From positions 6,137 through 70,136 of the forward strand of contig JAGHUR010000011.1 in the NCBI GenBank assembly GCA_018064745.1: a DNA stretch of 64,000 nt, read 5' to 3'. The translations under genes were made by a program, and so were the position numbers. The stretch comes from Candidatus Fiminaster equi (lineage in GTDB: Bacteria; Bacillota_I; Bacilli_A; RFN20; CAG-826). The notes beneath the pieces were generated by a model. It had not been told where the DNA came from and made no database searches. It was given only the letters and a program-made list of their open reading frames with translations. Shown piece after piece: positions 27,518 through 36,706 of the stretch (its first letter is position 1; each line of letters starts with the position of its first letter).

Positions 27518-28278
27518 AAATCGAATACTCTTTTAAAGTTTTCAGTACTTTCTTTATCAACTTGCTCAGGAGTAATTTTTCTTAACTCTGCAATCTTGTT
27601 TCTAACTAAATAAAGATACTTTGAATGATTTGGGCGTCCTCTAAAAGGTTCTGGAGTTAAATAAGGAGCGTCAGTTTCCAAAACATAAGCGGTGGATGGT
27701 ATGCTTGCTATAACTTCTTTTGGTCTAACTGAGTTTTTAAAGGTTGTTGTTCCACCAAAACCAAGTAAGAAGCCTAATTTTATAAATTCAGGAGCCATTT
27801 CTAGGCTTCCGGCATAACAATGCATGATGCCTCCGCGGTTAACTTTATGATTTTTTAAAATTTCTAAACAGTCTTCTAGTCCCTCTCGGCAATGAATCGA
27901 GATTGGAAGGTTTAATTTGTTAGCTATTTCTATTTGTTGAATAAAGGTTTTCTTTTGATAATTTCTAACGTCAGGATCTTTGTCCCAATAATAATCTAAA
28001 CCTATCTCTCCAATGGCAATAACTTTCTTGTTTTTGGCAAGTTTTTCTATCTCTTCAAAGTCATGCTCTCCGACCTTCTTTACATCACTTGGATGAATAC
28101 CAACTGCAGCATATACATATTCGTGATTTTGAGCGATTTCCACGGCAATTCTCGAAGATTTTAGATCAAAACCAACATTTAAAAATGCGGAAACTCCAGC
28201 GCATCGAGCTTCTAAAATATACTCATCTGGATGAGCTAAATATGCTTCATCATTTATATGACAATGTGTGTCAATCAT
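27514..28278 (-). CDS. tatD: TatD-family metal-dependent DNase/hydrolase
   Basis: MIDTHCHI..., EIGLDYYW, SIHCRE and ETDAPYL. Confidence 0.9.
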   Translation of the reverse strand: MIDTHCHINDEAYLAHPDEYILEARCAGVSAFLNVGFDLKSSRIAVEIAQNHEYVYAAVGIHPSDVKKVGEHDFEEIEKLAKNKKVIAIGEIGLDYYWDKDPDVRNYQKKTFIQQIEIANKLNLPISIHCREGLEDCLEILKNHKVNRGGIMHCYAGSLEMAPEFIKLGFLLGFGGTTTFKNSVRPKEVIASIPSTAYVLETDAPYLTPEPFRGRPNHSKYLYLVRNKIAELRKITPEQVDKESTENFKRVFDL

Positions 28279-28283
28279 CTATG

Positions 28284-29597
28284 TTATTTTCCAACACAAA
28301 AACGAGAGAAAATTTCATCTGTTAAATCGTTTTTGTTATTCTCACCTAATAAATCTAAAGAAGAATTATAAGCAGCCATAATGTTAACTGAAATTAAGTC
28401 AATTGGCTGATTATCTTTAGCATCTTCAATTGCTTGTTCAAGATACATAACCATACTCTTTAAAATACCAAGTTGTCTTGTATTGTTAAATGATGGCTTA
28501 ATTGTAACTTCACCAATATTTAATTCTTCTTTAATTCTATTAACTAATTCTGAAATATCGTTTTCTTTAGCAGAAATATAAATCTTATCTTTTTCTTTAT
28601 TAGAAATTAAATCTGCTTTGCTAAATACAACTAAATGCTTTTTGTCTTTAATAAACGAATATAATTCGTTATCAAAACCAGTATCATCTACTAAGAAAAG
28701 GATTAAATCTGCTTCATCAATAACTTTCTTAGCTTTGCTAATACCAATTTGTTCAATTACATCAGTTGATTCTCTTAAACCTGCTGTGTCATAGAGATGT
28801 ACAGGAACACCTGAAAGATTAAATTCACCTTCAACAATATCTCTAGTAGTACCTGCAATATCTGTAACAATTGCTTTATCTTCCTTAAGGAAAACATTTA
28901 AAAGTGAGGATTTGCCAACATTTGGTTTTCCTACAATCGCAATTTTTACACCTTCTTTATAAATTCTGTCTTTTTCGCCTTGTTCAATTAATTTATTAAC
29001 ATCTTTAACAATTTTTGAACATTTATTAATGATTTCTTCTTTAGAAGTAACTTCAATATCTTCATACTCAGGATAATCGATATTTACTTCTATGTGAGAA
29101 AGAATTTCTCCTATCTCGTCCTTAATTGGCTTAAAGATTTTTGAAGTCTTTCCTAGTAAGGAAACCATAGACAAATCTTTAGCCTCTTCAGTTGTAGCAT
29201 TAATCATGTCATTGATGGCTTCAGCTTGAACTAGGTCAATTTTGCCATTTAAATAGGCTCTAGAGCTGAATTCACCATTAGTAGCCATCCTTGCACCTGA
29301 CTTAAGTAAAAGGCCTATTATTTGATTTACAATCAACATTGAACCATGGCTAATAATTTCTACTGAATTTTCACCAGTAAATGAATGTGGTGCAACATAG
29401 GCTAACAAAACGACTTGATCAATTTGTTTTTCGCCTTCAAGAATATAACCATAGTGAATTCCCTTTTCTTTAACATCTGTTAAGTCTTTAGAAAACACTT
29501 TTGAAACAACCTTAAAACAATCATCTCCAGATAATCTAATTAATGCTAGAGCTGACTTTGATGGTGGTGTTGCAAGTGCTACTATGGTTTCAAACAT
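28284..29597 (-). CDS. mnmE: tRNA modification GTPase MnmE
   Basis: TIVALATPP N-terminus, G-domain (GKPNVGKSSLLN, DTAGLR) and C-terminal FCVGK. Confidence 0.95.
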   Translation of the reverse strand: MFETIVALATPPSKSALALIRLSGDDCFKVVSKVFSKDLTDVKEKGIHYGYILEGEKQIDQVVLLAYVAPHSFTGENSVEIISHGSMLIVNQIIGLLLKSGARMATNGEFSSRAYLNGKIDLVQAEAINDMINATTEEAKDLSMVSLLGKTSKIFKPIKDEIGEILSHIEVNIDYPEYEDIEVTSKEEIINKCSKIVKDVNKLIEQGEKDRIYKEGVKIAIVGKPNVGKSSLLNVFLKEDKAIVTDIAGTTRDIVEGEFNLSGVPVHLYDTAGLRESTDVIEQIGISKAKKVIDEADLILFLVDDTGFDNELYSFIKDKKHLVVFSKADLISNKEKDKIYISAKENDISELVNRIKEELNIGEVTIKPSFNNTRQLGILKSMVMYLEQAIEDAKDNQPIDLISVNIMAAYNSSLDLLGENNKNDLTDEIFSRFCVGK

Positions 29598-29633
29598 ACT
29601 CTATATAATGAAAATAGAGATTAAAAATCTCTA

Positions 29634-30236
29634 TTATTCAACGTATTTAATTGTTACGGCTCTTCTATGTCCTTCGCCTGTAGATTCTGTCTTAATGTGA
29701 GAGAATTCTGCGACTGCGCTATGGACAACTCTACGCTCATCTGATGGCATAGGATCTAAAGTAACATCAACTTTTGTTTTTTGAACTTCTTTTGCAGTTC
29801 TACGTGCAATTGAAGCAACTCTTGAATATTTGGAATCTTTGTAATCGCCAATGTCGAGTAAGATTCTAAATCTTCTACGGAATTTTCCAGAAACTGCTAA
29901 TCTAACAATTTCATTTAATGCTTGAAGTGTAACGCCGTTCTTTCCAATTAAAATTGGGTTGTGATCTGAATCAATTTGTAGACGAATAATATCATCTTCA
30001 AGTGATGTCTTAACGCTAACTGAACCAATACCTAATGATTCAATTACATCTTTGACGTACTTTTCTGCAAAATCGATAGCATCTGTTAATTCATAAACAG
30101 TAATTGAAGCTTTCTTGCCAATCAAACCTTTCTTTTCGGAAGTGATGGTGAAGATAACATCATTTTCATCAATGCCAAGTTCCTCACTTGCCATCTTAAC
30201 TGCATCTTCAACAGTTTTTGCGGTATATTCTTTCAT
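29634..30236 (-). CDS. jag: Jag/KhpB RNA-binding protein (Jag_N + KH + R3H)
   Basis: Conserved position downstream of yidC. Has KH-like LIGKNGVTLQAL and an R3H C-terminal region. Confidence 0.85.
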   Translation of the reverse strand: MKEYTAKTVEDAVKMASEELGIDENDVIFTITSEKKGLIGKKASITVYELTDAIDFAEKYVKDVIESLGIGSVSVKTSLEDDIIRLQIDSDHNPILIGKNGVTLQALNEIVRLAVSGKFRRRFRILLDIGDYKDSKYSRVASIARRTAKEVQKTKVDVTLDPMPSDERRVVHSAVAEFSHIKTESTGEGHRRAVTIKYVE

Positions 30237-30245
30237 AAATTTCTC

Positions 30246-31715
30246 CTATTTTTTATGCTTCTTCCCAGTGAAAACATATTGGGTTAAAAGGGTTTGTGCT
30301 AATGAAACAAGAGCGCCGATGAACCAATAAACACCCATTGCTGCTGGTAGTGTGAAGCCCATGATAATAATCATGATTAACATTACCCAAGAAATAATGT
30401 TTGCTGTTCTGTTTTGTGATTTTTGTGCTGGATTCTTACCAAGACGAGCAACCTTTTTAGTTCTTGCCTTTTGAATCCATTGTGGAACTTTCATAGAAAC
30501 GAATTGAGAAACAGACATTAATATAATTAATACAAATGCTGTCCACCAACCTGCATTTCCAGAAGGACCCATTTTTAATGTAGTCCAAATAGAATCGGAT
30601 AAGTGAAGACCTAAAACTTGACCTGTTGCAAGAACAGCAGATCCGTTCATAGCGCCCCAAACACCGATAAATATTGGGAATTGTACTATAAGTACAAGTA
30701 ATGAAGACAAAGGATTAACTTTATTTTTCTTATACAAACGCATTTGCTCTTCAGCAAGTCTTTGTTTTTGAGCTTGGTTTGTATTTGAGTTTGGATATTT
30801 TTGTTGAATCTTAGCCAATTCTGGTTGTAAATTTGTCATCTTTTGTTGTGACAAAGTTGATTTAATTGTTACCAAGAAAATGAACAAACGAACGATAACA
30901 GTAACCAAAATTAAAGACATTAATTGAGGAACGCCATTTAAGAAGTTTGCTGAATCATGGCCTGCAAAAATATTTGCAAAGGTATCAACTAACCACGCAA
31001 CTGGATAAACGATCAATCCTTCAATAAGGTGTCCGCCTTTACCCCAGGCTTCGCCCCAACTTACACTTTCTAAGTGTACAGTAACGTTTTGAGAACCATA
31101 GTTACCGTATTCGCCCTCGATAGTTGTGATACAAGAACGATATGCATCAACAACCTGATTCATTGCATTAATATAAAGATTTTCAAAATCAACAGATGCA
31201 GCTTTTTCATAGCCTAATTCTGCTCTTAATTGATTATTTACGGCTCTATATGTTCCAAAAACATCTTCGGTATCACCGTTATAAAATTTGAAGTAACCAT
31301 ATGTCTTTAAGACATTTTCTACTTCACTAATAGTGATGTCTGTTTTGTTAAGATCTAAATTTCCTGCAGCTGCTGCGTTTTCTAAAACAATTTGGTCTAA
31401 TCTAATGAAATAATCAGTAGAAGGAACATAGACACCAGCTTGTTTAGCTGATTCAATAATTGTATTTAATTGAGCAGATTTTTCAAATCTGTTGTTTTCA
31501 TTAATTTTAACAATTTGATAAAGATTTGTACCTACTTTGCAAGCACCTTCTACAGGTTCTGAAGAAACCACGTATTCAGAAACACCTGGTTCCATAACGA
31601 AAGCAATTCTGCTTTTTTCTTTATTTGTACAGAAGTTTGCTGTACATGAAGAAGCAGCTATTCCTATTCCTAATAGACCTAATGCTAGTAATGCGATTTT
31701 ATTTCTTTTCTTCAC
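30246..31715 (-). CDS. yidC: membrane protein insertase YidC, lipoprotein-type with a ~220-aa N-terminal extracytoplasmic domain
   Basis: Lipobox IAASSC. The C-terminal 60-kDa-IMP core carries ...LYKKNKVNPLSS... and a basic tail. rnpA-yidC-jag order. Confidence 0.9.
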   Translation of the reverse strand: MKKRNKIALLALGLLGIGIAASSCTANFCTNKEKSRIAFVMEPGVSEYVVSSEPVEGACKVGTNLYQIVKINENNRFEKSAQLNTIIESAKQAGVYVPSTDYFIRLDQIVLENAAAAGNLDLNKTDITISEVENVLKTYGYFKFYNGDTEDVFGTYRAVNNQLRAELGYEKAASVDFENLYINAMNQVVDAYRSCITTIEGEYGNYGSQNVTVHLESVSWGEAWGKGGHLIEGLIVYPVAWLVDTFANIFAGHDSANFLNGVPQLMSLILVTVIVRLFIFLVTIKSTLSQQKMTNLQPELAKIQQKYPNSNTNQAQKQRLAEEQMRLYKKNKVNPLSSLLVLIVQFPIFIGVWGAMNGSAVLATGQVLGLHLSDSIWTTLKMGPSGNAGWWTAFVLIILMSVSQFVSMKVPQWIQKARTKKVARLGKNPAQKSQNRTANIISWVMLIMIIIMGFTLPAAMGVYWFIGALVSLAQTLLTQYVFTGKKHKK

Positions 31716-31724
31716 GAGTATATC

Positions 31725-32042
31725 CTACTTTTTAAATATTTCCTTTATATCTTGCTCAATCTCAGCAAAATTTTCAGGATTGTATGCTTTTTTAATAATC
31801 ATAACTAAATCTATTGATTTAGAATAATCAGTATTATGTGCACACATTGCGCGAATTTGGCGCTTGATCTTGTTTCTAATTACCGCGTTTCCGCTCTTTT
31901 TTGGAACAGAAATTCCAATACGAGTGTAACCTAATCTATTTTCCAATACATAAAATGTGAAGAATTTTGCTCTAACTAATTCACCCTTCGCAATTACTTC
32001 TTGAAATTCTTGGTGTTTTTTAATGCGGTTTTTAACAAGCAT
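31725..32042 (-). CDS. rnpA: ribonuclease P protein component
   Basis: 105 aa, basic, with GISVPKKSGNAVIRNKIKRQIR (RNR motif). Starts 5 nt after the rpmH stop. Confidence 0.9.
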   Translation of the reverse strand: MLVKNRIKKHQEFQEVIAKGELVRAKFFTFYVLENRLGYTRIGISVPKKSGNAVIRNKIKRQIRAMCAHNTDYSKSIDLVMIIKKAYNPENFAEIEQDIKEIFKK

Positions 32043-32047
32043 GGAAA

Positions 32048-32182
32048 TTAAAGAGCAATTCTTGCTCTTCCTTTTGCACGACGTGCAGCTAAAACTTTTC
32101 TGCCGCCAGCTGTTTTCATTCTTTGGCGGAAACCATGGACATTGCGTCTGTGTTTGTTACTTGGTTGAAATGTTCTTTTCAT
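32048..32182 (-). CDS. rpmH: 50S ribosomal protein L34
   Basis: Own translation gives [44 protein letters not shown] (44 aa), which is canonical L34. Below the ORF-track size cutoff. Confidence 0.9.
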   Translation of the reverse strand: MKRTFQPSNKHRRNVHGFRQRMKTAGGRKVLAARRAKGRARIAL

Positions 32183-32219
32183 ATGTGTATCTCCCCTGTG
32201 CTTTTAGCACGCGTTGAGT

Positions 32220-32229
32220 ATTATACACA
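32220..32229 (-). promoter_or_regulatory. rpmH promoter -10 region (TGTGTATAAT)
   Basis: Minus-strand tgcgtgtgtataat, followed by a leader with the gtgc-taaaa-gcac hairpin and a GGGGAG SD. Confidence 0.5.
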
Positions 32230-32325
32230 CGCATAACATGTTAGTCAAAGATTTTTCGCCTGTACGTGCTCAAAAGCGCACACAAACCTTATTTGATGTG
32301 TGAAACAAAATTGTAAGCGGTTAAC

Positions 32326-32623
32326 TTGTCCACATTTTTTATGAATTTTTCACGTAAAAACGCCTTACTTTTCAACATTTGACGTGCTTTTTCACATAAT
32401 GTTAAAAATATGTTGACAAATCATGTGGGAATAGAAAAAAATATCGATTATTTCTACATTTATCTATTATTTTTATATGTGGATTATATTAACACTGTTG
32501 TTAATCAACAATAAAGTTTTCCACATTTGTTCACAACGGGAATAGAAACTTTTTTAAAATTTGTGGAAAACTCTAAAAATATCGATAAAATCTGACTTAA
32601 TTTTAGTTAAAAATTGTGGAAAA
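32326..32623. promoter_or_regulatory. oriC part 1: DnaA-box cluster upstream of dnaA
   Basis: Five boxes lie within one mismatch of TTATCCACA: TTGTCCACA 32326-32334 (+), TGTGGATTA 32478-32486 (-), TTTTCCACA 32517-32525 (+), TGTGGAAAA 32562-32570 (-) and TGTGGAAAA 32615-32623 (-). A weaker one is at 32424-32432. AT-rich tracts lie between them. Confidence 0.85.
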
Positions 32624-32699
32624 AATAATTTCCTTAAAAATGTTCTTGCTATTTATAAATAAATAATTATACTTTTGAGTTAATCGGAAGGTAGAAAAT

Positions 32700-34055
32700 A
32701 TGAACGAGAGTATTTCGGAGCTCCAAAGCATATGGAGTAAGATTGTTGAAGAACTTCACGCTAATATCGAAGACACAATGTTTTTTGATGTATTCTTAGA
32801 TGAATCATCAATCCATTCTATCGATGGCGACGTTCTCACAATTGCTGTAAATTCTAACTTAGCTGTTAAGATCTTAAGTTCAAAATATGTTGATGTTGTC
32901 GAAGCAGCAGCCAAAACAGTTTTAGGTCATCCTTGCAAAGCAAAATTCAACATAAAAGAAAACTTAAAAGATGCTCCAGTAAGCGTAGAACAAAAGCCTG
33001 TATACTTTAACAACTCCACAGTAAATCCTTCATTTGTGTTCGAATCATTCGTTACTGGACCATGCAACTTAGAAGCAAAACAAGCTGCTATTTATATTGC
33101 AAATTATCCAGGAAAGGGTTTTAACCCTTTATTTATCTATTCGAACCCAGGACTTGGCAAAACCCATTTATTACATGCTATTTATAATCACGTAAAAACA
33201 ACAATGCCAGGTAAGAAGGCTTTATATTGTGATTCAACAGATTTTATTCAAGAATTTGTTAAAGGAATGACAGGTGAAAAAAGCGTTAATGATTTAAAAG
33301 ATTATTTAACAAGCTTTGATGTTTTCTTAATTGATGATATCCAAATGATGGCTAATAAAGAGCAAACATGTGGATTCTTCTTTGAGATTTTTAACATCAT
33401 GTATTCTAAAGGAAAACAAATTGTCATCACATCTGATAGACACCCATCTGAGTTAAAATCTTTCGATGAAAGATTAAAATCTAGATTCGCCGGTGGTTTG
33501 ACAGTAAATATCAATCAACCAGATGATGTAACTTGTGTTTCCATCTTAAAATCCAAAATTGAAAACAGTCCATTGGATATTAACTCATTTGATCAAAAGG
33601 TACTTGAATTCATCGCCGCAAAATTCTCTAAGAACATTCGCGACATTGATCAGGCCTTAAACAAATTGGTTTGGTACGTTACAAACTTCAGACCAACAAA
33701 ATACATCGATATGGATGTTGCATTAGAGTCACTTCAATCTTTGATTGATGTTAAAGATTCTAAGCAAAAACTAAATGAACAAAAAATCATTTCAGTAGTT
33801 GCTGACAAATACAACTTAACACCATCTCAAATCACTGGTCCTTCAAGACAAGGTACAGTGGCGATGGCAAGACATATTGCAATGTATCTAATAAGACAAA
33901 TGCTCGATACGCCATACACAAAAATTGGCATTACGTTCGGGGGAAAGGATCACTCCACAGTTATGTCTGGGGTAGAAAAAGTGGAAAAAGAGTTGAAAAC
34001 TAACACCAATCTAGAACAGGCAATTAATGAGATTAAAAATCAATTAAAAGCTTAA
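32700..34055 (+). CDS. dnaA: chromosomal replication initiator protein DnaA
   Basis: FVTGPCN, Walker A GLGKTHLL, box VII, and the C-terminal DNA-binding domain (ARHIAMYL..., GGKDHSTV). Confidence 0.97.
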   Translation: MNESISELQSIWSKIVEELHANIEDTMFFDVFLDESSIHSIDGDVLTIAVNSNLAVKILSSKYVDVVEAAAKTVLGHPCKAKFNIKENLKDAPVSVEQKPVYFNNSTVNPSFVFESFVTGPCNLEAKQAAIYIANYPGKGFNPLFIYSNPGLGKTHLLHAIYNHVKTTMPGKKALYCDSTDFIQEFVKGMTGEKSVNDLKDYLTSFDVFLIDDIQMMANKEQTCGFFFEIFNIMYSKGKQIVITSDRHPSELKSFDERLKSRFAGGLTVNINQPDDVTCVSILKSKIENSPLDINSFDQKVLEFIAAKFSKNIRDIDQALNKLVWYVTNFRPTKYIDMDVALESLQSLIDVKDSKQKLNEQKIISVVADKYNLTPSQITGPSRQGTVAMARHIAMYLIRQMLDTPYTKIGITFGGKDHSTVMSGVEKVEKELKTNTNLEQAINEIKNQLKA

Positions 34056-34117
34056 TCTATAATAAAATGTGCGTGTGCGCATGCGAGAACACTCAAAATC
34101 ACGTAAAAGTATGCGAG

Positions 34118-34135
34118 TTATCCACATAATCCACA
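34118..34135 (+). promoter_or_regulatory. oriC part 2: tandem DnaA boxes in the dnaA-dnaN spacer
   Basis: Perfect TTATCCACA (34118-34126) directly abutting TAATCCACA (34127-34135), followed by AT-rich sequence up to the dnaN SD. Confidence 0.85.
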
Positions 34136-34179
34136 CACTCTATAAATATAATTAAGTACTTAAGGAGAAATAAATAATT

Positions 34180-35298
34180 ATGAGATTTACAATTGATAAA
34201 GAAGCATTCATGAAAGGATTAACCTTAGTTTCAAAGGCAATCCCTCCAAAAGCAGAACTTCCTGTATTTGCTAATTTTAAGTTAGCATTAACTGAAAAAG
34301 GATTAGAAATTACTGGATCAGATGGAAACATGACAATTTTGACTGTTGTTCCGTTTATGATCGGTGATAAAGAGATTATTAGAAATTCACAACCAGGTGA
34401 AGCGTTAGTTGCAGCTAAAATCTTGATTGAAGTTGTAAGACACCTTGAAGAAGAAACAGCATCATTTGAATTAATTGATGGTTCCATTCTTAAAATTGAA
34501 GATTCTAAATCAAACTTTAAATTAAATTCAATTCGCGCAGACGAATATCCGCAAATTGATTTAAGCGTTTCTGGGGCCACATTAGAGGTCTCAGCTAAAG
34601 ATATTCAATCATTGGTTGAATCTACCGCATTTGCAGCCTCTATTAAGGAAACACGCCCTATTTTGACAGCAGTCAGCCTCGAAACACACGACAATTTGCT
34701 CTCTGCAACAGCTACAGACACTGCAAGACTTGCTCGTAAGACAATCGAGATTGATTCAGACGTCAAATTTGTGGCAAACATTCCAGCCAAAAAACTTGTT
34801 GATATCGTAAGAAGTTTTGAAGGCGGAGAAAATGTCACTATCGCAATAAGCGATAAAAAGGCAACATTTGCATTCGGAAATTCAGTTATTTCAACACGTT
34901 TAACCAACGGCGATTACCCAAATACAAAATCAATCATTCCAACCAAATTTAATTACTTCCTCGAAGTCAATTCACAAGAGTTCCTCAAAGCCATGGAACG
35001 TGTCTCACTTTTAAGTGCTGAATACGAAGGTGTTGTTAAACTCATTATGGATGAAGATGAAGTAGAAATGATCTCTAGATCATCACTAGTTGGTTCTGCT
35101 AATGAAAAATTATCAGTTTTCCAATTCAGTGGAGAGCATTTAGAGATCTCATTCCGTGCATCATTTGTTGCAGATGCAATTCGTGCTTGTAAGAGTGAAG
35201 ATGTAACCATTGCATTTGTTGGTGAAATGAAGCCATTTGTTGTTAAAAATAACAAAGATGCTTCCATCGAAATGTTACTCACTCCATTGCGTTCATAA
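34180..35298 (+). CDS. dnaN: DNA polymerase III beta sliding clamp
   Basis: 372 aa with the three-domain clamp pattern. Position is immediately after dnaA. Confidence 0.95.
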   Translation: MRFTIDKEAFMKGLTLVSKAIPPKAELPVFANFKLALTEKGLEITGSDGNMTILTVVPFMIGDKEIIRNSQPGEALVAAKILIEVVRHLEEETASFELIDGSILKIEDSKSNFKLNSIRADEYPQIDLSVSGATLEVSAKDIQSLVESTAFAASIKETRPILTAVSLETHDNLLSATATDTARLARKTIEIDSDVKFVANIPAKKLVDIVRSFEGGENVTIAISDKKATFAFGNSVISTRLTNGDYPNTKSIIPTKFNYFLEVNSQEFLKAMERVSLLSAEYEGVVKLIMDEDEVEMISRSSLVGSANEKLSVFQFSGEHLEISFRASFVADAIRACKSEDVTIAFVGEMKPFVVKNNKDASIEMLLTPLRS

Positions 35299-35335
35299 TT
35301 GCCGAAAAATCGACATTATAAACATATTACAAAAT

Positions 35336-35363
35336 AAGGGAATTTATTATTCCCTTTTTATTT
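35336..35363 (+). terminator. dnaN intrinsic terminator
   Basis: aagggaat-(loop)-attccctt hairpin followed by a T-run. Confidence 0.8.
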
Positions 35364-35408
35364 TATATATGATAAAATGTATCGCGAGGACGAAATTTAA
35401 CCTTTTTT

Positions 35409-35630
35409 ATGATTAAAAAAACAACCCAAATTACTATCACAACTGAGTACATTACTTTAGGTCAATTCCTCAAGTTTGCTGACATCATCGAAAACGGTGG
35501 AGAAGCAAAAAGTTTCTTAGCAGAGAATGAAGTTAGAGTTGATTCCGAGCCCGAGAACAGAAGAGGAAGAAAACTTAGAGGTGGCGAAATTGTGGAAGTC
35601 TTGGGTCAAAAATTCGAGATCAAAAGATGA
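35409..35630 (+). CDS. yaaA: S4-domain RNA-binding protein YaaA
   Basis: 73 aa. ITLGQFLKFA...GGEAKSFL...V.VD...ENRRGRKLRGGE. Conserved dnaN-yaaA-recF position. Confidence 0.85.
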   Translation: MIKKTTQITITTEYITLGQFLKFADIIENGGEAKSFLAENEVRVDSEPENRRGRKLRGGEIVEVLGQKFEIKR

Positions 35631-36706
35631 TTGTTAAAAAACTTGTCCTCAGGAATTTCCGAAACTACGATTTTGTTGATGTAGAGTTCGATCCAAAGTT
35701 GAATATCATCATCGGCGATAACGCAGCAGGCAAGACAAATATTGTTGAAGCGATTCACTTTTTGTCACTTGCCAGGTCGTTCCGAACATTAGAAAGCGCT
35801 GAATTAATAAAGAATAGGCGCCAATTTGCCACGATTGAGGCCTCAGTCGAGCAAGATACCATAAAAAAAGATATCGTTGCTCTAATGACCTCTTCTAGCA
35901 AAAAGTTCACATGCAACGACAAGCCAGTTAGGAAATTATCCGATCTTTCTAAACTTATAAATGTATTAGTCTTTCAACCAAAAGACACACTTATGTTTAG
36001 TGATTCACCTTTGGTGAGACGTAACTTTCTAGATGTTAACTTATCTAAAAAGTCACCAGTCTATTTAGAGAATTTGATGATTTTTGAGAAGTTACTTAGA
36101 GAAAGAAACGCAATTCTAAAAGAAGACAACATTGATCAGGTACAACTTAATGTTGTCACTGAACAATTAGTTGAAGTTGAGGAAACAATTTGCAAGTATA
36201 GACAAGCTTACATTAGTGAGATTAATCAGGTGCTTAGCAAAATTATTACCCAGCTTAAAGGTGAAATGGAGACCGCAAAACTTGAATACTTGCCGTTTAT
36301 TAAATTAGACGACAAGTTTAAAGTCTCCTGTGCGCGTGCGTATGAGCGCAATAAAGAAAGCGACATTAAACACAAGATGACTCAGATTGGAATTCATCGT
36401 GAGGATATGAAGATGATTCTGAATGGAAAAGATATTTCCCTTCAAGGATCTCAAGGAGAGAACAGAATCGCTGTTATTGCCCTTAAAATAGCCCCTTACT
36501 TCCTCATTGAGGACAAAGATGAGAAACCAATCATAGTGCTTGATGATGTGATGTCAGAATTAGACACAGAACACAAAGAAAGATTAATTACATTTGTAAA
36601 GGGGTTAGGACAAGTGTTCATAACCTCAACAAACACAACAGTTAAAAACGCTTCAATCTATGAAGTAAAACAGCATAACATTACAAGGAGGAATGCTAAA
36701 TGGTAG
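35627..36706 (+). CDS. recF: DNA replication/repair protein RecF
   Basis: LRNFRNY, Walker [15 protein letters not shown], and the SMC-like signature near the C-terminus. ATGA overlap with yaaA. Confidence 0.92.
   Translation: MIVKKLVLRNFRNYDFVDVEFDPKLNIIIGDNAAGKTNIVEAIHFLSLARSFRTLESAELIKNRRQFATIEASVEQDTIKKDIVALMTSSSKKFTCNDKPVRKLSDLSKLINVLVFQPKDTLMFSDSPLVRRNFLDVNLSKKSPVYLENLMIFEKLLRERNAILKEDNIDQVQLNVVTEQLVEVEETICKYRQAYISEINQVLSKIITQLKGEMETAKLEYLPFIKLDDKFKVSCARAYERNKESDIKHKMTQIGIHREDMKMILNGKDISLQGSQGENRIAVIALKIAPYFLIEDKDEKPIIVLDDVMSELDTEHKERLITFVKGLGQVFITSTNTTVKNASIYEVKQHNITRRNAKW

Noticed and set aside
28284-32699. Absence of mnmG, rsmG and parAB next to mnmE and oriC, read as evidence of gene loss.
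   Set aside because: Absence from a 64-kb window says nothing about the rest of the genome. It is noted only as a synteny difference.
34152-35282. Three minus-strand ORFs (34152-34580, 34605-34907, 34953-35282) tiling the dnaN locus.
   Set aside because: They are antisense shadows of dnaN, whose clamp identity and position after dnaA are unambiguous.
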